Assembly (NCBI GenBank): GCA_965207885.1 | Contig: OZ242311.1 | Span: forward strand, 2,144,001-2,208,000 | Length of the DNA: 64,000 bases | From: Candidatus Latescibacterota bacterium | GTDB taxonomy: Bacteria; Latescibacterota; UBA2968 | Direction of reading: 5' to 3' | Shown here: positions 19,468 through 29,728 of the stretch, piece after piece | How positions within the stretch are numbered: position 1 is the stretch's first letter | Layout: each line of letters begins with the position of its first letter | Made by a program: the position numbers and the translations under genes | The notes under the pieces: generated by a model | What the model was told of the DNA's origin: nothing | What the model saw: only the letters and a program-made list of their open reading frames with translations | Database searches by the model: none

Positions 19468-20154
19468 TCACACTTCATCCTTCACGACGGTGCCACCTTG
19501 CAGGCGGATGATGCGCTGTGTGCGTGCGGCGAGGTCGTGATCGTGCGTGACGAGGATGAGGGTTGTGCCCGCTTCTCGGTTGAGGTCAAAGAGCAGATTG
19601 GCGATGGTATGACTGCTGTCGGCGTCGAGGTTGCCCGTAGGCTCGTCGGCAAATAAGATGTGCGGTTGGTTGATAAAGGCGCGTGCAATGCCCACGCGCT
19701 GTTGTTCACCACCTGAAAGCTGGGCGGGATAATGCGTCAAGCGGTCGCCCAATCCCACGCGGTCGAGCAATTCTCTCGCTTCGCCGAACACACCGTTTTT
19801 ACCGCGTAGCTCGAGAGGAATCGCAACATTTTCAATGGCGGTGAGGGTGGGGATGAGTTGAAAGCTCTGAAAGACAAAGCCCACATATTCATTTCGCACG
19901 GCTGCGCGTTGATCTTCGTCGAGGCTGTCGAGGGCCATGTTGTGAAGGGTGACTGTGCCCGATGATGGACGATCAAGTCCAGCACACAGACCAAGTAGCG
20001 TGGTTTTTCCACTGCCCGAAGGCCCTACTATCGCACAGGTTTGGCCTTTGGGAATGGTGAACGTGACGTTGTCCAAAACGGTGAGTGGATGTCCCCCGCT
20101 CGTGTAGGTGCGGGTGAGATTTTGAACTGCGAGTGCTGCGTTTGGATGGCTCAA
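19468..20154 (-). CDS. YbbA/LolD-like ABC ATP-binding protein
   Basis: [26 protein letters not shown]. Confidence 0.92.
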   Translation of the reverse strand: MSHPNAALAVQNLTRTYTSGGHPLTVLDNVTFTIPKGQTCAIVGPSGSGKTTLLGLCAGLDRPSSGTVTLHNMALDSLDEDQRAAVRNEYVGFVFQSFQLIPTLTAIENVAIPLELRGKNGVFGEARELLDRVGLGDRLTHYPAQLSGGEQQRVGIARAFINQPHILFADEPTGNLDADSSHTIANLLFDLNREAGTTLILVTHDHDLAARTQRIIRLQGGTVVKDEV

Positions 20155-20253
20155 CTGATTACCCCTTGCGTCTCTGGTTGTAATTCTTACCTTTGTGAGA
20201 CCTCAAAACATAACATAGAGTTCCATTATGTGCAAAAAATGAGTGGAGGAGAC

Positions 20254-21438
20254 ATGCAAGCTGAGATTGTGATGATTGGAACGGAGTTGTTGTTGGGTGA
20301 AATTGTAGATACCAATGCCACGATGTTTGCCAAAGCACTGCGCGATATTGGAATGGATTTGTTGTATAAAACGACTGTGGGGGATAATGAAGATCGGATT
20401 GCCGGCGTTTTGAATATTGCGCTGGATCGGTCAGATGTGATTCTGACATCAGGGGGTATTGGTCCTACGGTGGATGATATGACGCGGAAATGTGTGGCGC
20501 GTGCAACGGGACGCAAGCTTGTTTACAGCAAGGTACTGGAAAATCAGATTGCATCGCGGTTTCGCAATTTTGGTCGTGAGATGGCAGATAATAACAAAAG
20601 ACAGGCGTATATTCCCGAAGGCGCAATGCCCCTGGAAAATCCCAGGGGCACGGCGCCTTGTTTTTTGAGTGAAGATGCCCAGGGGCGCGGCTGTGTGATT
20701 TCGCTTCCGGGTGTGCCGAGAGAATTGGATTATATGTTGCACAAGGTCGTGATTCCAATTTTGATTGACCGCATGGGCGGGAGCAAAATTACAAAGGTAC
20801 GTGTGTTGCGAACTTGTGCGGTGGGTGAGAGCAATATTGATCGCACAATTGGGGATCTGATGACCGAGAGCAATCCAACGGTGGGATTGGCGGCGCATGC
20901 TGGGCAGACTGATGTGCGCGTGGCAGCGAAAGCGGATACAGAGGAAGATGCCGATGCGTTGATTGCGCCGATGGAAGCGGAACTCAGGAAGCGGTTGGGG
21001 GTTGCGATTTACGGTACGGGGAAAGAGACAGTGGCCGAGGTTGTGGGCGATTTGTTGCGGGAAAAAGGGTTGAAGATTGGGGTGGTGGATACGCTGACAG
21101 ATGGCCAGGTCGTGCGGGAGTTCGAAGAGAATGGCGCAGGTGATGTGGTGGCCGCGCAAAGAGATGCTAATATGGATGGACAGGATGACCCTCGCGCTTT
21201 GACCGAAGCGATGGCTCAGGAGGTTACGCCCGAGGATGGTGTGGGGCTGGCGATAGTTGGTCCTTATGAAGGCGGTGCGACGTTTATGGCTGTCTATGGA
21301 TCTGATCCACAAGCGCGAACGTGTATTGCAAGTCGCCGCTTTCAGGATTCGGATCATATCCGCCGATGGTTGGTGATTCAGGGTTTGGATCTGGTGCGCC
21401 GGGCGGTGTTGGGCAAGTTGGCTTCGCCAGCAGATTAA
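20254..21438 (+). CDS. cinA: CinA-family protein (MocF domain plus degenerate C-terminal domain)
   Basis: RBS GGAGG; GTELLLGEIVDTN, VGDN, SGGIGPTVDD.T, LPGVPRE. Confidence 0.85.
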   Translation: MQAEIVMIGTELLLGEIVDTNATMFAKALRDIGMDLLYKTTVGDNEDRIAGVLNIALDRSDVILTSGGIGPTVDDMTRKCVARATGRKLVYSKVLENQIASRFRNFGREMADNNKRQAYIPEGAMPLENPRGTAPCFLSEDAQGRGCVISLPGVPRELDYMLHKVVIPILIDRMGGSKITKVRVLRTCAVGESNIDRTIGDLMTESNPTVGLAAHAGQTDVRVAAKADTEEDADALIAPMEAELRKRLGVAIYGTGKETVAEVVGDLLREKGLKIGVVDTLTDGQVVREFEENGAGDVVAAQRDANMDGQDDPRALTEAMAQEVTPEDGVGLAIVGPYEGGATFMAVYGSDPQARTCIASRRFQDSDHIRRWLVIQGLDLVRRAVLGKLASPAD

Positions 21439-21466
21439 AGGAAATAGAATAAATAGGAGGAACGCA

Positions 21467-22510
21467 GTGCCGGATAACGAGTCTTTGTCTTATTCTAAGA
21501 GTGGCGTCAATATTGATGAAACTGATGCTGTTAAAAGAGATATGGCTTCAGATATCGGGCGTGGCGATTCGAGAGTGCTCAATAAATTGGGGGCTTTTGG
21601 TAGTCTGGTTGATGGCCGTTTTGAGGGATATGATCACCCCATTCTCGTGCTGAAAACCGAGGAGCCTGGTTCAAAGCAAAAGTTGGCGTTTGAACACGGA
21701 AGTGTCACGTCTATTGCTTATGATCTGGTCAATCATTTGATCAACGATATTATTGTTATGGGTGCCGATCCTTTTTATGTGCAAGATTGTATTGTCTGCG
21801 GCAAACTCGATCCCCCCGTTGTCAAAGCTCTCGTTGGTGGGATTGCCGATGCTTGTGAGGCACAGGGATGTGCATTGACAGGTGGAGAAACATCTGTTCA
21901 ACCAGGGGTTGTCGAAGATGGGGTGTATATTTTAAGTGCTTCGGCTATTGGAGTTGTCGATAGGGACAGTATTATTGATGGCGCTGCGATTGAGGAGGGA
22001 GACGCGGTTCTCGCGCTTGCATCCAATGGACTGCATACCAATGGCTATACGCTTGTCAGAGCATTGTTAAAGAATAAGCCAGAGTTGAAAGATCGAGATA
22101 TTCAGGGGGTGTCCTTTCTCGATATGATTTTGCGCCCACATCAGTGTTATTATCAACCTCTGAGGGGTTTGTTTAAGGACGAGGAGTTGAAGGGAATGGC
22201 ACATATTACCGGTGGCGGTATTCAGGATAATTTATCCCGCATTCTTCCCGAGACCTGTCAGGCTGTGATCGATCTTTCGTTACTCCAAGTGCTCCCCATT
22301 TTCAAAACGATTCGCGCGGAGGGTTTGGTTCCAGAAGACGATATGGTGAGGACTTTTAATATGGGTGTGGGGATGACGCTTGTCTGTGCCCAGAATTCTG
22401 TAGGGAGGATTAAGGCTCATCTACAAAGCGCGGGATGCCATGCGTATCCAATCGGGCGTATTGTCAAAGGCGAGAAAGGCGTTGTATTCACGGGAAAAGT
22501 TCGATGGTGA
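21467..22510 (+). CDS. purM: Phosphoribosylformylglycinamidine cyclo-ligase
   Basis: Y..SGVNI, ND....GA.P, GGET, SNGLHTNGY, AHITGGG, RTFNMGVG; GTG start after AGGAGG. Confidence 0.92.
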   Translation: MPDNESLSYSKSGVNIDETDAVKRDMASDIGRGDSRVLNKLGAFGSLVDGRFEGYDHPILVLKTEEPGSKQKLAFEHGSVTSIAYDLVNHLINDIIVMGADPFYVQDCIVCGKLDPPVVKALVGGIADACEAQGCALTGGETSVQPGVVEDGVYILSASAIGVVDRDSIIDGAAIEEGDAVLALASNGLHTNGYTLVRALLKNKPELKDRDIQGVSFLDMILRPHQCYYQPLRGLFKDEELKGMAHITGGGIQDNLSRILPETCQAVIDLSLLQVLPIFKTIRAEGLVPEDDMVRTFNMGVGMTLVCAQNSVGRIKAHLQSAGCHAYPIGRIVKGEKGVVFTGKVRW

Positions 22511-22584
22511 AAGGATGAGATATGAGATCTAAAACTTTAGAACGAGCGGTTCCCTTTGCGTGGGATAATTGAGAAAGGACATAC

Positions 22585-23439
22585 ATGGACACACCATATC
22601 GCACCATTGATGTGAAGCCCCTATCTGGGGCACTCGGTGCTGAAATTGAAGGCGTTGACATTGCGTCGAGTCTCGACGATGAACAATTCGCTGAAATTCA
22701 TCGGGCCTTTGCGGATTACAGTGTGATTCTCTTTCGCAATCAGTCCCTCACGCAGGAACAACACATCGCATTTGCTCGACGCTGGGGGAATATCAATGTC
22801 AACCGGTTTTTTACGGGCGTAGCGGAAAATCCCATCATCGCCGAAGTGCGAAAAGAACCCGATCAGGAAACCAATATTGGGCGCAACTGGCACACCGATC
22901 ATTCTTACGATACCATTCCCGCACTCGGCTCGATTCTCTACGCACGCGAGGTTCCCGAGTTTGGTGGTGATACGATGTTTGCCAGTATGTACAGGGCTTA
23001 CGAAACTCTCTCGCCGGGGTTGCGGAAAACGCTCGAAAACTTAAATGCTCTGCACTCCAGCCGACATGTTTTTGGCGTAATGAACGGCAGAAGTCCCGAT
23101 CAAAGCGGTCGCATTGGCAATCCCGAACTCGCCACGCAGGATGCTGTTCATCCCCTGATCATAAGGCATCCCATTACAGGTCGCAAAGCTCTTTACGTAA
23201 ATCCCGTGTTCACGGTTCAAATTGAGGGATGGAAAAAAGAAGAATCCCAACCTCTGCTTCAGTATTTGTACCGGCACGCTTCTCAACCGGATTTTACATG
23301 CCGCATTCGCTGGGAAAGAGATACTCTCGCTATCTGGGACAACCGCGCGACATGGCATTGCGCTCTCAATGATTACCAGGGACAGCGACGCCTCATGCAC
23401 CGCATCACGATTGAAGGTGTGCCGTTAAACCAGGAGTAG
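22585..23439 (+). CDS. TauD/TfdA Fe(II)/2-oxoglutarate dioxygenase
   Basis: LGAEI.GVD, WHTD, GGDT.FA, HP.TGRK.LYVN, WDNR.T.H.A, R.MHR. Confidence 0.92.
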   Translation: MDTPYRTIDVKPLSGALGAEIEGVDIASSLDDEQFAEIHRAFADYSVILFRNQSLTQEQHIAFARRWGNINVNRFFTGVAENPIIAEVRKEPDQETNIGRNWHTDHSYDTIPALGSILYAREVPEFGGDTMFASMYRAYETLSPGLRKTLENLNALHSSRHVFGVMNGRSPDQSGRIGNPELATQDAVHPLIIRHPITGRKALYVNPVFTVQIEGWKKEESQPLLQYLYRHASQPDFTCRIRWERDTLAIWDNRATWHCALNDYQGQRRLMHRITIEGVPLNQE

Positions 23440-23506
23440 ATCATGCAAACGCACCCACCGCGAGTTTGCGCCGCGAGTGATGGAATATGGAATAGGGAGT
23501 AAAACA

Positions 23507-23836
23507 ATGAACAATGAACAATCGCTTTTGCCACCGAAAATTTCATTTTTTGAAAAACGATTGACAATAATTCTCGCTCGAGATGATGCGATGGTATGCG
23601 CTTTCTGCCCTGAATTGGATTTGGTGACTGAAATGGCAACGCCTGATGAAGCGCTGGAAGATATGCTGGAATCCATGCAGGACTATGCTGAGGAATATTT
23701 AGAGGACTTAGAAATTTATCAAAACAGTCCCAATCGCGCCCACCATTTGCCTTATATCCAGGCGATTGCTGCGTGTAAAGATGTCTGGGATATTCGCATG
23801 CTAATTGAAATTCACCATGGCCGTGTACAGGTTTGA
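23507..23836 (+). CDS. HicB-like antitoxin, copy 1
   Basis: Acidic 109 aa; A.CPELDLVT...T.DEALED..E..DY motif; overlaps the downstream toxin. Confidence 0.7.
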   Translation: MNNEQSLLPPKISFFEKRLTIILARDDAMVCAFCPELDLVTEMATPDEALEDMLESMQDYAEEYLEDLEIYQNSPNRAHHLPYIQAIAACKDVWDIRMLIEIHHGRVQV

Positions 23837-24041
23837 TCAGTTTCGCAAAGTGTTGCGTGTTTTGGGATTCGCAAAAATTCGATCTCGAAAACACGAGACT
23901 TGGCGCAAAATACTCGTAAATGGAACGATTTTGCGCGTTCGCATTAGCCATAAGCATGGGCGCGATATCCCCCGGTGGCTATTTTATGAAATGCTGCGGC
24001 AGGCGGGAATTAATGAAAAGAAATTTCGAGAATTGATGTAG
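23817..24041 (+). CDS. HicA-like toxin, copy 1
   Basis: Basic 74 aa; LGF..R..KH.......H..RDIP....MLRQAGI pattern. Confidence 0.75.
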   Translation: MAVYRFDQFRKVLRVLGFAKIRSRKHETWRKILVNGTILRVRISHKHGRDIPRWLFYEMLRQAGINEKKFRELM

Positions 24042-24084
24042 ATAGCTCCTCTTAAAACAATCCAAGCCCGAGAGAAAATCCGTC

Positions 24085-25335
24085 ATGAAAATCGCAAACG
24101 CAACCCGTCGTAGCCTCAATATTCCCTTTTACTGCAAACGGGTCGAACGCGCCATGCACCGCGCGCAGACTCACGACGAACGGGTCTATCTCTACCGCAT
24201 TGAAACCGATGAGGGTATCGTGGGCTATGGAGATAGCCTGTCTGTTAGCGATGTGCATACACTGATCGGCCAGAATCCCTTCCAGATCATGCACAACGAC
24301 GCCATCGGCTTTGGTCCACAGCTCGCTGTGCTGGACGCTGTTGGAAAGGCCGCTGATGTGCCTGTCCATGCCCTGCTCGGCACCAAATTGCGCGACCGAT
24401 GCCCCATCTCCTGGTGGGACATTGACATGTCACCTGCCGACTGGGTCGCGGAGGCCAGAGAATCTCTCAAACGCGGGTACACTTCTTTCAAAATGAAAGC
24501 CCGCCCCTGGCGAGACATCCTCTATCAGGTCGAAGCCGTGGGCAAAGTCGTACCCGCAGATTACAAATTCGACATAGATTTCAACGGTTTTCTGCTCAAT
24601 CAGGCAAAAGCGGAGATTATCCTCCAGCAGCTCGACAATCACCCCAATGTCGGCATCTACGAAAGTCCCTTCTACCTTTATGGCGATCTCATCGGCGCGA
24701 GAATTCTTCGCGAACGCGTATGCAAACCCGTCGTCGAACACTTCCGGGAAGAATATTTGCACGCCCACGCCTGCGATGGCTTTGTTATTGGCGGCGGTGT
24801 CACAGAAGTCCGCCGGCAGGCTGCGCTCGCCGCTGCTTTCAACAAACCCTTCTGGTTACAAATGGTCGGCACTGGAATTACCACTGCCTTCGCCGTACAC
24901 CTCGGCTCTGTCCTCTCCCACGCCCAGTTGCCCTATATTACCTGTCACGAACTCTGGAAACACGATTTGCTTAAAAAACGCCTCGACGTGATCGATGGCC
25001 ACATCCGGGTCTCCGATGCCCCTGGCCTGGGCATTGAAGTCGATGAAAAAGCTGTCGAAAAATACGTGGTCGATCCCGATACACCCACACCTAAAAGGCT
25101 CTACCGAGGTAAAAAACGCATCCTGCGCATCTCGTGGCCCGGTGCGGCCAAACAGAAACGCATCTGGGAATTTACCGATGAACCCATCTACCAGAAGACC
25201 TTCTACGCAGGTAGCATCCCCGGATTTGAACGCGGTGTTACCCTGGAAGTTATCGACGACGACGATAGCGCGACTTTTAAAAAGGCCCATGCCACGTTGG
25301 CAAAACGCGAGGCAGCTATACCCGCCCTGAGGTGA
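24085..25335 (+). CDS. Mandelate racemase/muconate-lactonizing (enolase superfamily) enzyme
   Basis: IETDEGIVGYG, DAVGK...PVH.LLG, KMK, DFN, PGLGIEVDE. Confidence 0.85.
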   Translation: MKIANATRRSLNIPFYCKRVERAMHRAQTHDERVYLYRIETDEGIVGYGDSLSVSDVHTLIGQNPFQIMHNDAIGFGPQLAVLDAVGKAADVPVHALLGTKLRDRCPISWWDIDMSPADWVAEARESLKRGYTSFKMKARPWRDILYQVEAVGKVVPADYKFDIDFNGFLLNQAKAEIILQQLDNHPNVGIYESPFYLYGDLIGARILRERVCKPVVEHFREEYLHAHACDGFVIGGGVTEVRRQAALAAAFNKPFWLQMVGTGITTAFAVHLGSVLSHAQLPYITCHELWKHDLLKKRLDVIDGHIRVSDAPGLGIEVDEKAVEKYVVDPDTPTPKRLYRGKKRILRISWPGAAKQKRIWEFTDEPIYQKTFYAGSIPGFERGVTLEVIDDDDSATFKKAHATLAKREAAIPALR

Positions 25336-25358
25336 ATGACAGTTAGGAGAACCCATCG

Positions 25359-26279
25359 ATGGCATCCGTAACCTTTAAAGGCGTCTTTCCCATCCTCGTC
25401 ACCCCATTCGATGATCAGGGCAACCTTGATCTGGAATCCTTTGATCGAACGGTACGCTTTATGGCCGACATCGGTGTAAACGGCGTTACCATCATTGGTG
25501 TACTCGGTGAATCCAACCGAATGCTGGATGCCGAACGGGAACAACTTATTAAAACCGCTGTGGGTGCTGCAGGCGGGCGCATCCCCATTATCGTGGGCAC
25601 GAGCTACAGCGGCACACGGGCGACCCTTGAACTCAGCCGGATGGCCGAATCTCTCGGCGCCGCCGGTGTGATGGTTACCCCTTCGTGCGAATCCGTGCCC
25701 AACGAAGACCGCATCTTCGAATTTTTCCAGCAGGTGGCCGAAGGTATCTCCATTCCCATCGTCGTACAGGACCACCCGGCCTCTACCCAAGTCCACATGT
25801 CCGTTCCCCTCATTCTGCGCCTCGTCCGCGAAATTTCGCTCGTCGCCTGTATCAAAGAAGAGGCAGTGCCCACTCCGCCCAGGATTACTGCCCTCTTGGA
25901 TGGCATTGGAGACCGTGCGGTCACCATCCTCACTGGCCTCGGCGCTCTCTACGGTGCCTTTGATCTGACTCGCGGGGCACACGGTTTTATGACTGGCTTT
26001 GCCTTTCCCGAAGTTCTGCTCGCCCTGGTTCGAAGTGCTGAAAATAGAGACTTTGATACCGTACACGACATCTATCACCGATACCTGCCGCTCATTGTGT
26101 ACGAACAGCAGCCGGGAGTGGCCATCCGCAAAGAGATTTTCCGCCTGCGCGGCCTTATCGCCAGCAGCTACGTGCGCCATCCCGGCGCAAATATCGACCC
26201 CACCACTGCCGACCACTTGAAATCACTCTTGCGCAAAATGCTACCCGGCGCAGATATTACGAGACCTATCGAGGTGTGA
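25359..26279 (+). CDS. DHDPS/DapA-family aldolase or dehydratase
   Basis: GVFP.LVTPF, GVLGE, GRIPIIVG, IKEE Schiff-base Lys. Confidence 0.88.
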   Translation: MASVTFKGVFPILVTPFDDQGNLDLESFDRTVRFMADIGVNGVTIIGVLGESNRMLDAEREQLIKTAVGAAGGRIPIIVGTSYSGTRATLELSRMAESLGAAGVMVTPSCESVPNEDRIFEFFQQVAEGISIPIVVQDHPASTQVHMSVPLILRLVREISLVACIKEEAVPTPPRITALLDGIGDRAVTILTGLGALYGAFDLTRGAHGFMTGFAFPEVLLALVRSAENRDFDTVHDIYHRYLPLIVYEQQPGVAIRKEIFRLRGLIASSYVRHPGANIDPTTADHLKSLLRKMLPGADITRPIEV

Positions 26280-26314
26280 ACGGCAGGATTTAGGCTTTAG
26301 AAGAGGATTTGATC

Positions 26315-27529
26315 ATGAAAATCATCGACATCGACATCATCCCCATCTACCCCAAAATCGCCGACCGGAATGCCGATCAGAAAGCCCGGTTTTTCAATAT
26401 AAACCATCGTACCATTTTTAAAATTACGACTGACAATGGTATTGTCGGCTATGGCGATGCACGCTGCGAGGCCCCTTCTAAATCCACTGTGAAACACCTG
26501 ATCGACCGCGATCCTTTTGACTTTATCAACGCCGATCTCAACAGCGGCCTGATGGGCGCACTCTACGATGCCATGGGCAAATACCTTGAAATTCCCGCGT
26601 ACAAACTCATGGGTCAGAAGATACGCGACCGCGTACCCGTAGCTGCCTGGACCCGCCCGGCCTCCCCGGAAGACCTGGCCAAAGAGGTTCAGCGAGCCGT
26701 AGAAGAAGGGTATATGATCTTTAAAATCCACACTTGCGCCTATTACGACGTGTACGAACAAACCAGAGCTGTTGAGGAGGTTGCTCCGCCCGGTTTCAAG
26801 ATGCATTACGACTTCAATCACAATCGGCCACTTGCCGCTGTCCTGCGCATTTTGCAGGAGTTGGAGAAGTCCCCCGTCGTAGGTATGATCGAAGATCCCC
26901 TGGTCTTATCCGATGTCGAAGGCTGGCGCCTTCTGAGAGAGAAAACCAGTTTGCCACTGCTCATGCATGTCCCCCAACTCGGCGGAGGCCAGGAGATTAT
27001 TCGCGGTTGCGCCGATGCCTACATGATCGGCGAAGGCGGCATTGGCTCTACCCTCGTGCGTGGATTTGCTACTGCCCTGGCCAATGTCTCCTCTGTCATC
27101 CAGCTCACAGGCGGTACCCTCACCAAAGCCATGGCTCTGCATATGGGCGCCTTGATTCCCAACGTGGCTCATTCTACCAACCTGGACGACCAGTACGGTG
27201 AAGACGTTGTCAAACAGCGCATCGAAGTCGCAGGCGGTTCCTCTCCGGTACCCAAAGGCGCTGGCCTCGGCGTAGAAGTCGATGAAGACGCGCTGGCCAG
27301 ATGCGCTGCCAACAAACCTACTCTTATTCCCCCCACTATTGGCATCTTGCATCTACCCGATGGCCACAAGCTCTATACCAGAGGATTCCCAAACGTTGCC
27401 CGCCTCACTGGTTTCCCCGAAGGCAACATCCGGGGCATTCGCCTGGATGTCTGGGAAGACGACGGTTCCGACAAGTTCAAACAAACTCTGCAACACATCG
27501 ATCAGCAGGGTCCGTTTATGGAAAAATAG
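26315..27529 (+). CDS. Enolase superfamily enzyme (second)
   Basis: TTDNGIVGYG, DAMGK...PAYKLMG, KIH, DFN, EDP, GLGVEVDE. Confidence 0.85.
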   Translation: MKIIDIDIIPIYPKIADRNADQKARFFNINHRTIFKITTDNGIVGYGDARCEAPSKSTVKHLIDRDPFDFINADLNSGLMGALYDAMGKYLEIPAYKLMGQKIRDRVPVAAWTRPASPEDLAKEVQRAVEEGYMIFKIHTCAYYDVYEQTRAVEEVAPPGFKMHYDFNHNRPLAAVLRILQELEKSPVVGMIEDPLVLSDVEGWRLLREKTSLPLLMHVPQLGGGQEIIRGCADAYMIGEGGIGSTLVRGFATALANVSSVIQLTGGTLTKAMALHMGALIPNVAHSTNLDDQYGEDVVKQRIEVAGGSSPVPKGAGLGVEVDEDALARCAANKPTLIPPTIGILHLPDGHKLYTRGFPNVARLTGFPEGNIRGIRLDVWEDDGSDKFKQTLQHIDQQGPFMEK

Positions 27530-27543
27530 TAGGTCTCTTTATT

Positions 27544-28302
27544 ATGCACACCAGCACCCTCTTAATCTCTCAGGATTTTGAATACTGGCAATCTGGCGAA
27601 AACGGCCTCACTTGCGTCGATTTTGAGACTTTCTGTCCGGACTACCACGAATTGGACCGCACGGGTGTCATCTCTCCCCATCTCGAAGATGGCATACTAC
27701 ACGTCGGGTATGCACTTCTGGCACTGACCACCGCCTTTTACGATATCTGGCGCGCACGCACGGATGATTTTTTTATTTATCCCCAGCACTTTGCCCTTCT
27801 GGACATCACCCGAGAAGGCGTCAACACGGGATGCGGGCGCCTGCCACTTGAAAAAAATACGCTGGGCGGTCCTTGGGGCAATTTAGACGTCTGGCCCGAC
27901 TCAAAATGGATTCCTGCCCACGGCAGCGTTTCCGGCATGCTCAAGAAAGCGTTTGACCTTCAGATCAACCGCCTGTTCTGGCCCGAAGCCTTCCGCCCAA
28001 ATCGCGAAGAAAAATCTCTACCTGCTTATGCGGTCAAAATGCTCCGTACTCACCTGAAAGCTGTCTATTATTACAACACCTCCGAACCCAATATCGAAAT
28101 CCATACCGCTCAAAACGTGCAAGATCTCCTTCAGACGAGCCTCAATAGACTGTCCGGCATAGATGGCCTATCAATTCCACATTTTCTTCGGCGACAGGTT
28201 CTCGAAAACCCACAGACCGATCATCGTTATGTCGAACAGTATCGCAAAGTAGATCCGGATCATTTTCTCAACGACATGGCAGATTGCTTTGAAAATGCCT
28301 GA
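27544..28302 (+). CDS. Hypothetical protein
   Basis: 252-aa ORF in operon position with gene-like codon usage; no motif recognised. Confidence 0.7.
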   Translation: MHTSTLLISQDFEYWQSGENGLTCVDFETFCPDYHELDRTGVISPHLEDGILHVGYALLALTTAFYDIWRARTDDFFIYPQHFALLDITREGVNTGCGRLPLEKNTLGGPWGNLDVWPDSKWIPAHGSVSGMLKKAFDLQINRLFWPEAFRPNREEKSLPAYAVKMLRTHLKAVYYYNTSEPNIEIHTAQNVQDLLQTSLNRLSGIDGLSIPHFLRRQVLENPQTDHRYVEQYRKVDPDHFLNDMADCFENA

Positions 28303-28338
28303 TTGAGCCTCTCATAATTTTCTCTTGCGGGGAATCCT

Positions 28339-29700
28339 TTGGCCAACGGTCAACTCTTACACCTGCTAACCGCCCGCGCCGAGTCTAAAAATCCCCTTCG
28401 CGTGGGTCTCATCGGCGCTGGAAAATTCGGCACCATGTTTCTGGCCCAGGCCCGTCGCGTTTCGGGTCTGCACGTCCTGGGTGTGGCCGATCTATCCCTA
28501 CACCGGGCGCGCGAAGCTCTCACGCGTGCTGAGTGGCCGCCCGAACAATTTGCCGCACCCCACTTCGATCACGCTCTCAAAACCGGTGCTACCTATCTCA
28601 CCGATGACGGCGATGCCCTCATCCGGGCGGACGGTCTGGATGTTCTGGTCGAAGCCACTGGCAATCCTCTCGCAGGCATCCACCACGCCCTTCAAGCCAT
28701 CGAACACGGGCGCCACCTGGTCATGGTCAATGTCGAAGCAGACGTCCTGGTCGGTCCCATCCTGGCTCAACGTGCAGCATCCGCCGGCCTCGTGTACACC
28801 CTCGCCTATGGCGATCAACCGGCTCTGATCTGTGAACTGGTTGAATGGGCACAGACCAATGGCTTCGACATTGTCTGCGCTGGCAAGGGCACCAAATACC
28901 GGCCCGCGTACCACGCATCCACTCCTGATACTGTCTGGGAGCACTACGGTTTCGATGCTGAAACCGCTGCAAAAGGCGGTCTGAATCCCCGTATGTTCAA
29001 CTCCTTTTTGGACGGTACAAAATCCGCCATTGAAATGGCCGCTGTCTCAAATGCCACTGGTCTGAATCCCCAGCCCGAAGGCCTGAAATTCCCGCCCTGC
29101 GGTATCGACCAGCTGTCCAATATTTGCCGGCCTCATAGCGATGGAGGACAGCTTTCTCACAAGGGAACCGTCGAAGTCGTCTCCAGCCTGCAACCAGATG
29201 GAACCCCTGTAGATCGGGATCTGCGCTGGGGAGTTTACGTTACCATTGAAGCCCCCGGCGACTACATCCGCCGCTGCTTCTCCGAATACGGCCTTCCCAC
29301 TGATTCCACTGGACATTACACGGCCATCTATCGTCCCTACCATCTGGTTGGCATGGAACTCACCACCAGCGTCTTGCGCGCTGGCTTGCGCGGCGAAGCC
29401 AGCGGCGTGCCCGTTGTTTTTAATGCAGACGTTGTCGCCACTGCAAAACGCGACCTTTCCGAAGGAGAAATCCTGGACGGTGAAGGCGGCTACCGGGTGT
29501 ACGGCAAACTCATGCCGGCTGATCAGGCTCGTACATCCAACACCTTGCCCATCGGCCTGGCTCACGATCTCAAGCTGAAACACAAAATCGCCGCGGGGCA
29601 ACCCATACACCAATCCGATGTCGAATTTGACGAAAACAACGCCATTCTCTGCCTCCGCCGGGAAATGGTACAACGCTTTGCAGAATCCCTGCGCCGTTAA
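28339..29700 (+). CDS. NAD(P)-dependent oxidoreductase (homoserine dehydrogenase-like) with C-terminal SAF domain
   Basis: GLIGAGKFG, EATG, NVEAD..VGP, GDQP, DGTKSAIEM, AKRDL..GE.LDGEGGY. Confidence 0.88.
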   Translation: MANGQLLHLLTARAESKNPLRVGLIGAGKFGTMFLAQARRVSGLHVLGVADLSLHRAREALTRAEWPPEQFAAPHFDHALKTGATYLTDDGDALIRADGLDVLVEATGNPLAGIHHALQAIEHGRHLVMVNVEADVLVGPILAQRAASAGLVYTLAYGDQPALICELVEWAQTNGFDIVCAGKGTKYRPAYHASTPDTVWEHYGFDAETAAKGGLNPRMFNSFLDGTKSAIEMAAVSNATGLNPQPEGLKFPPCGIDQLSNICRPHSDGGQLSHKGTVEVVSSLQPDGTPVDRDLRWGVYVTIEAPGDYIRRCFSEYGLPTDSTGHYTAIYRPYHLVGMELTTSVLRAGLRGEASGVPVVFNADVVATAKRDLSEGEILDGEGGYRVYGKLMPADQARTSNTLPIGLAHDLKLKHKIAAGQPIHQSDVEFDENNAILCLRREMVQRFAESLRR

Positions 29701-29728
29701 ATTAAAAATTAGGAAAGGGAGCAAAACA

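Larger units (their letters stand above)
23494..24076 (+). repeat. Direct repeat copy 1 (hicBA module)
   Basis: Aligns with 29716-30298 at offset 6222, about 93% identical by hand count. Confidence 0.95.
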
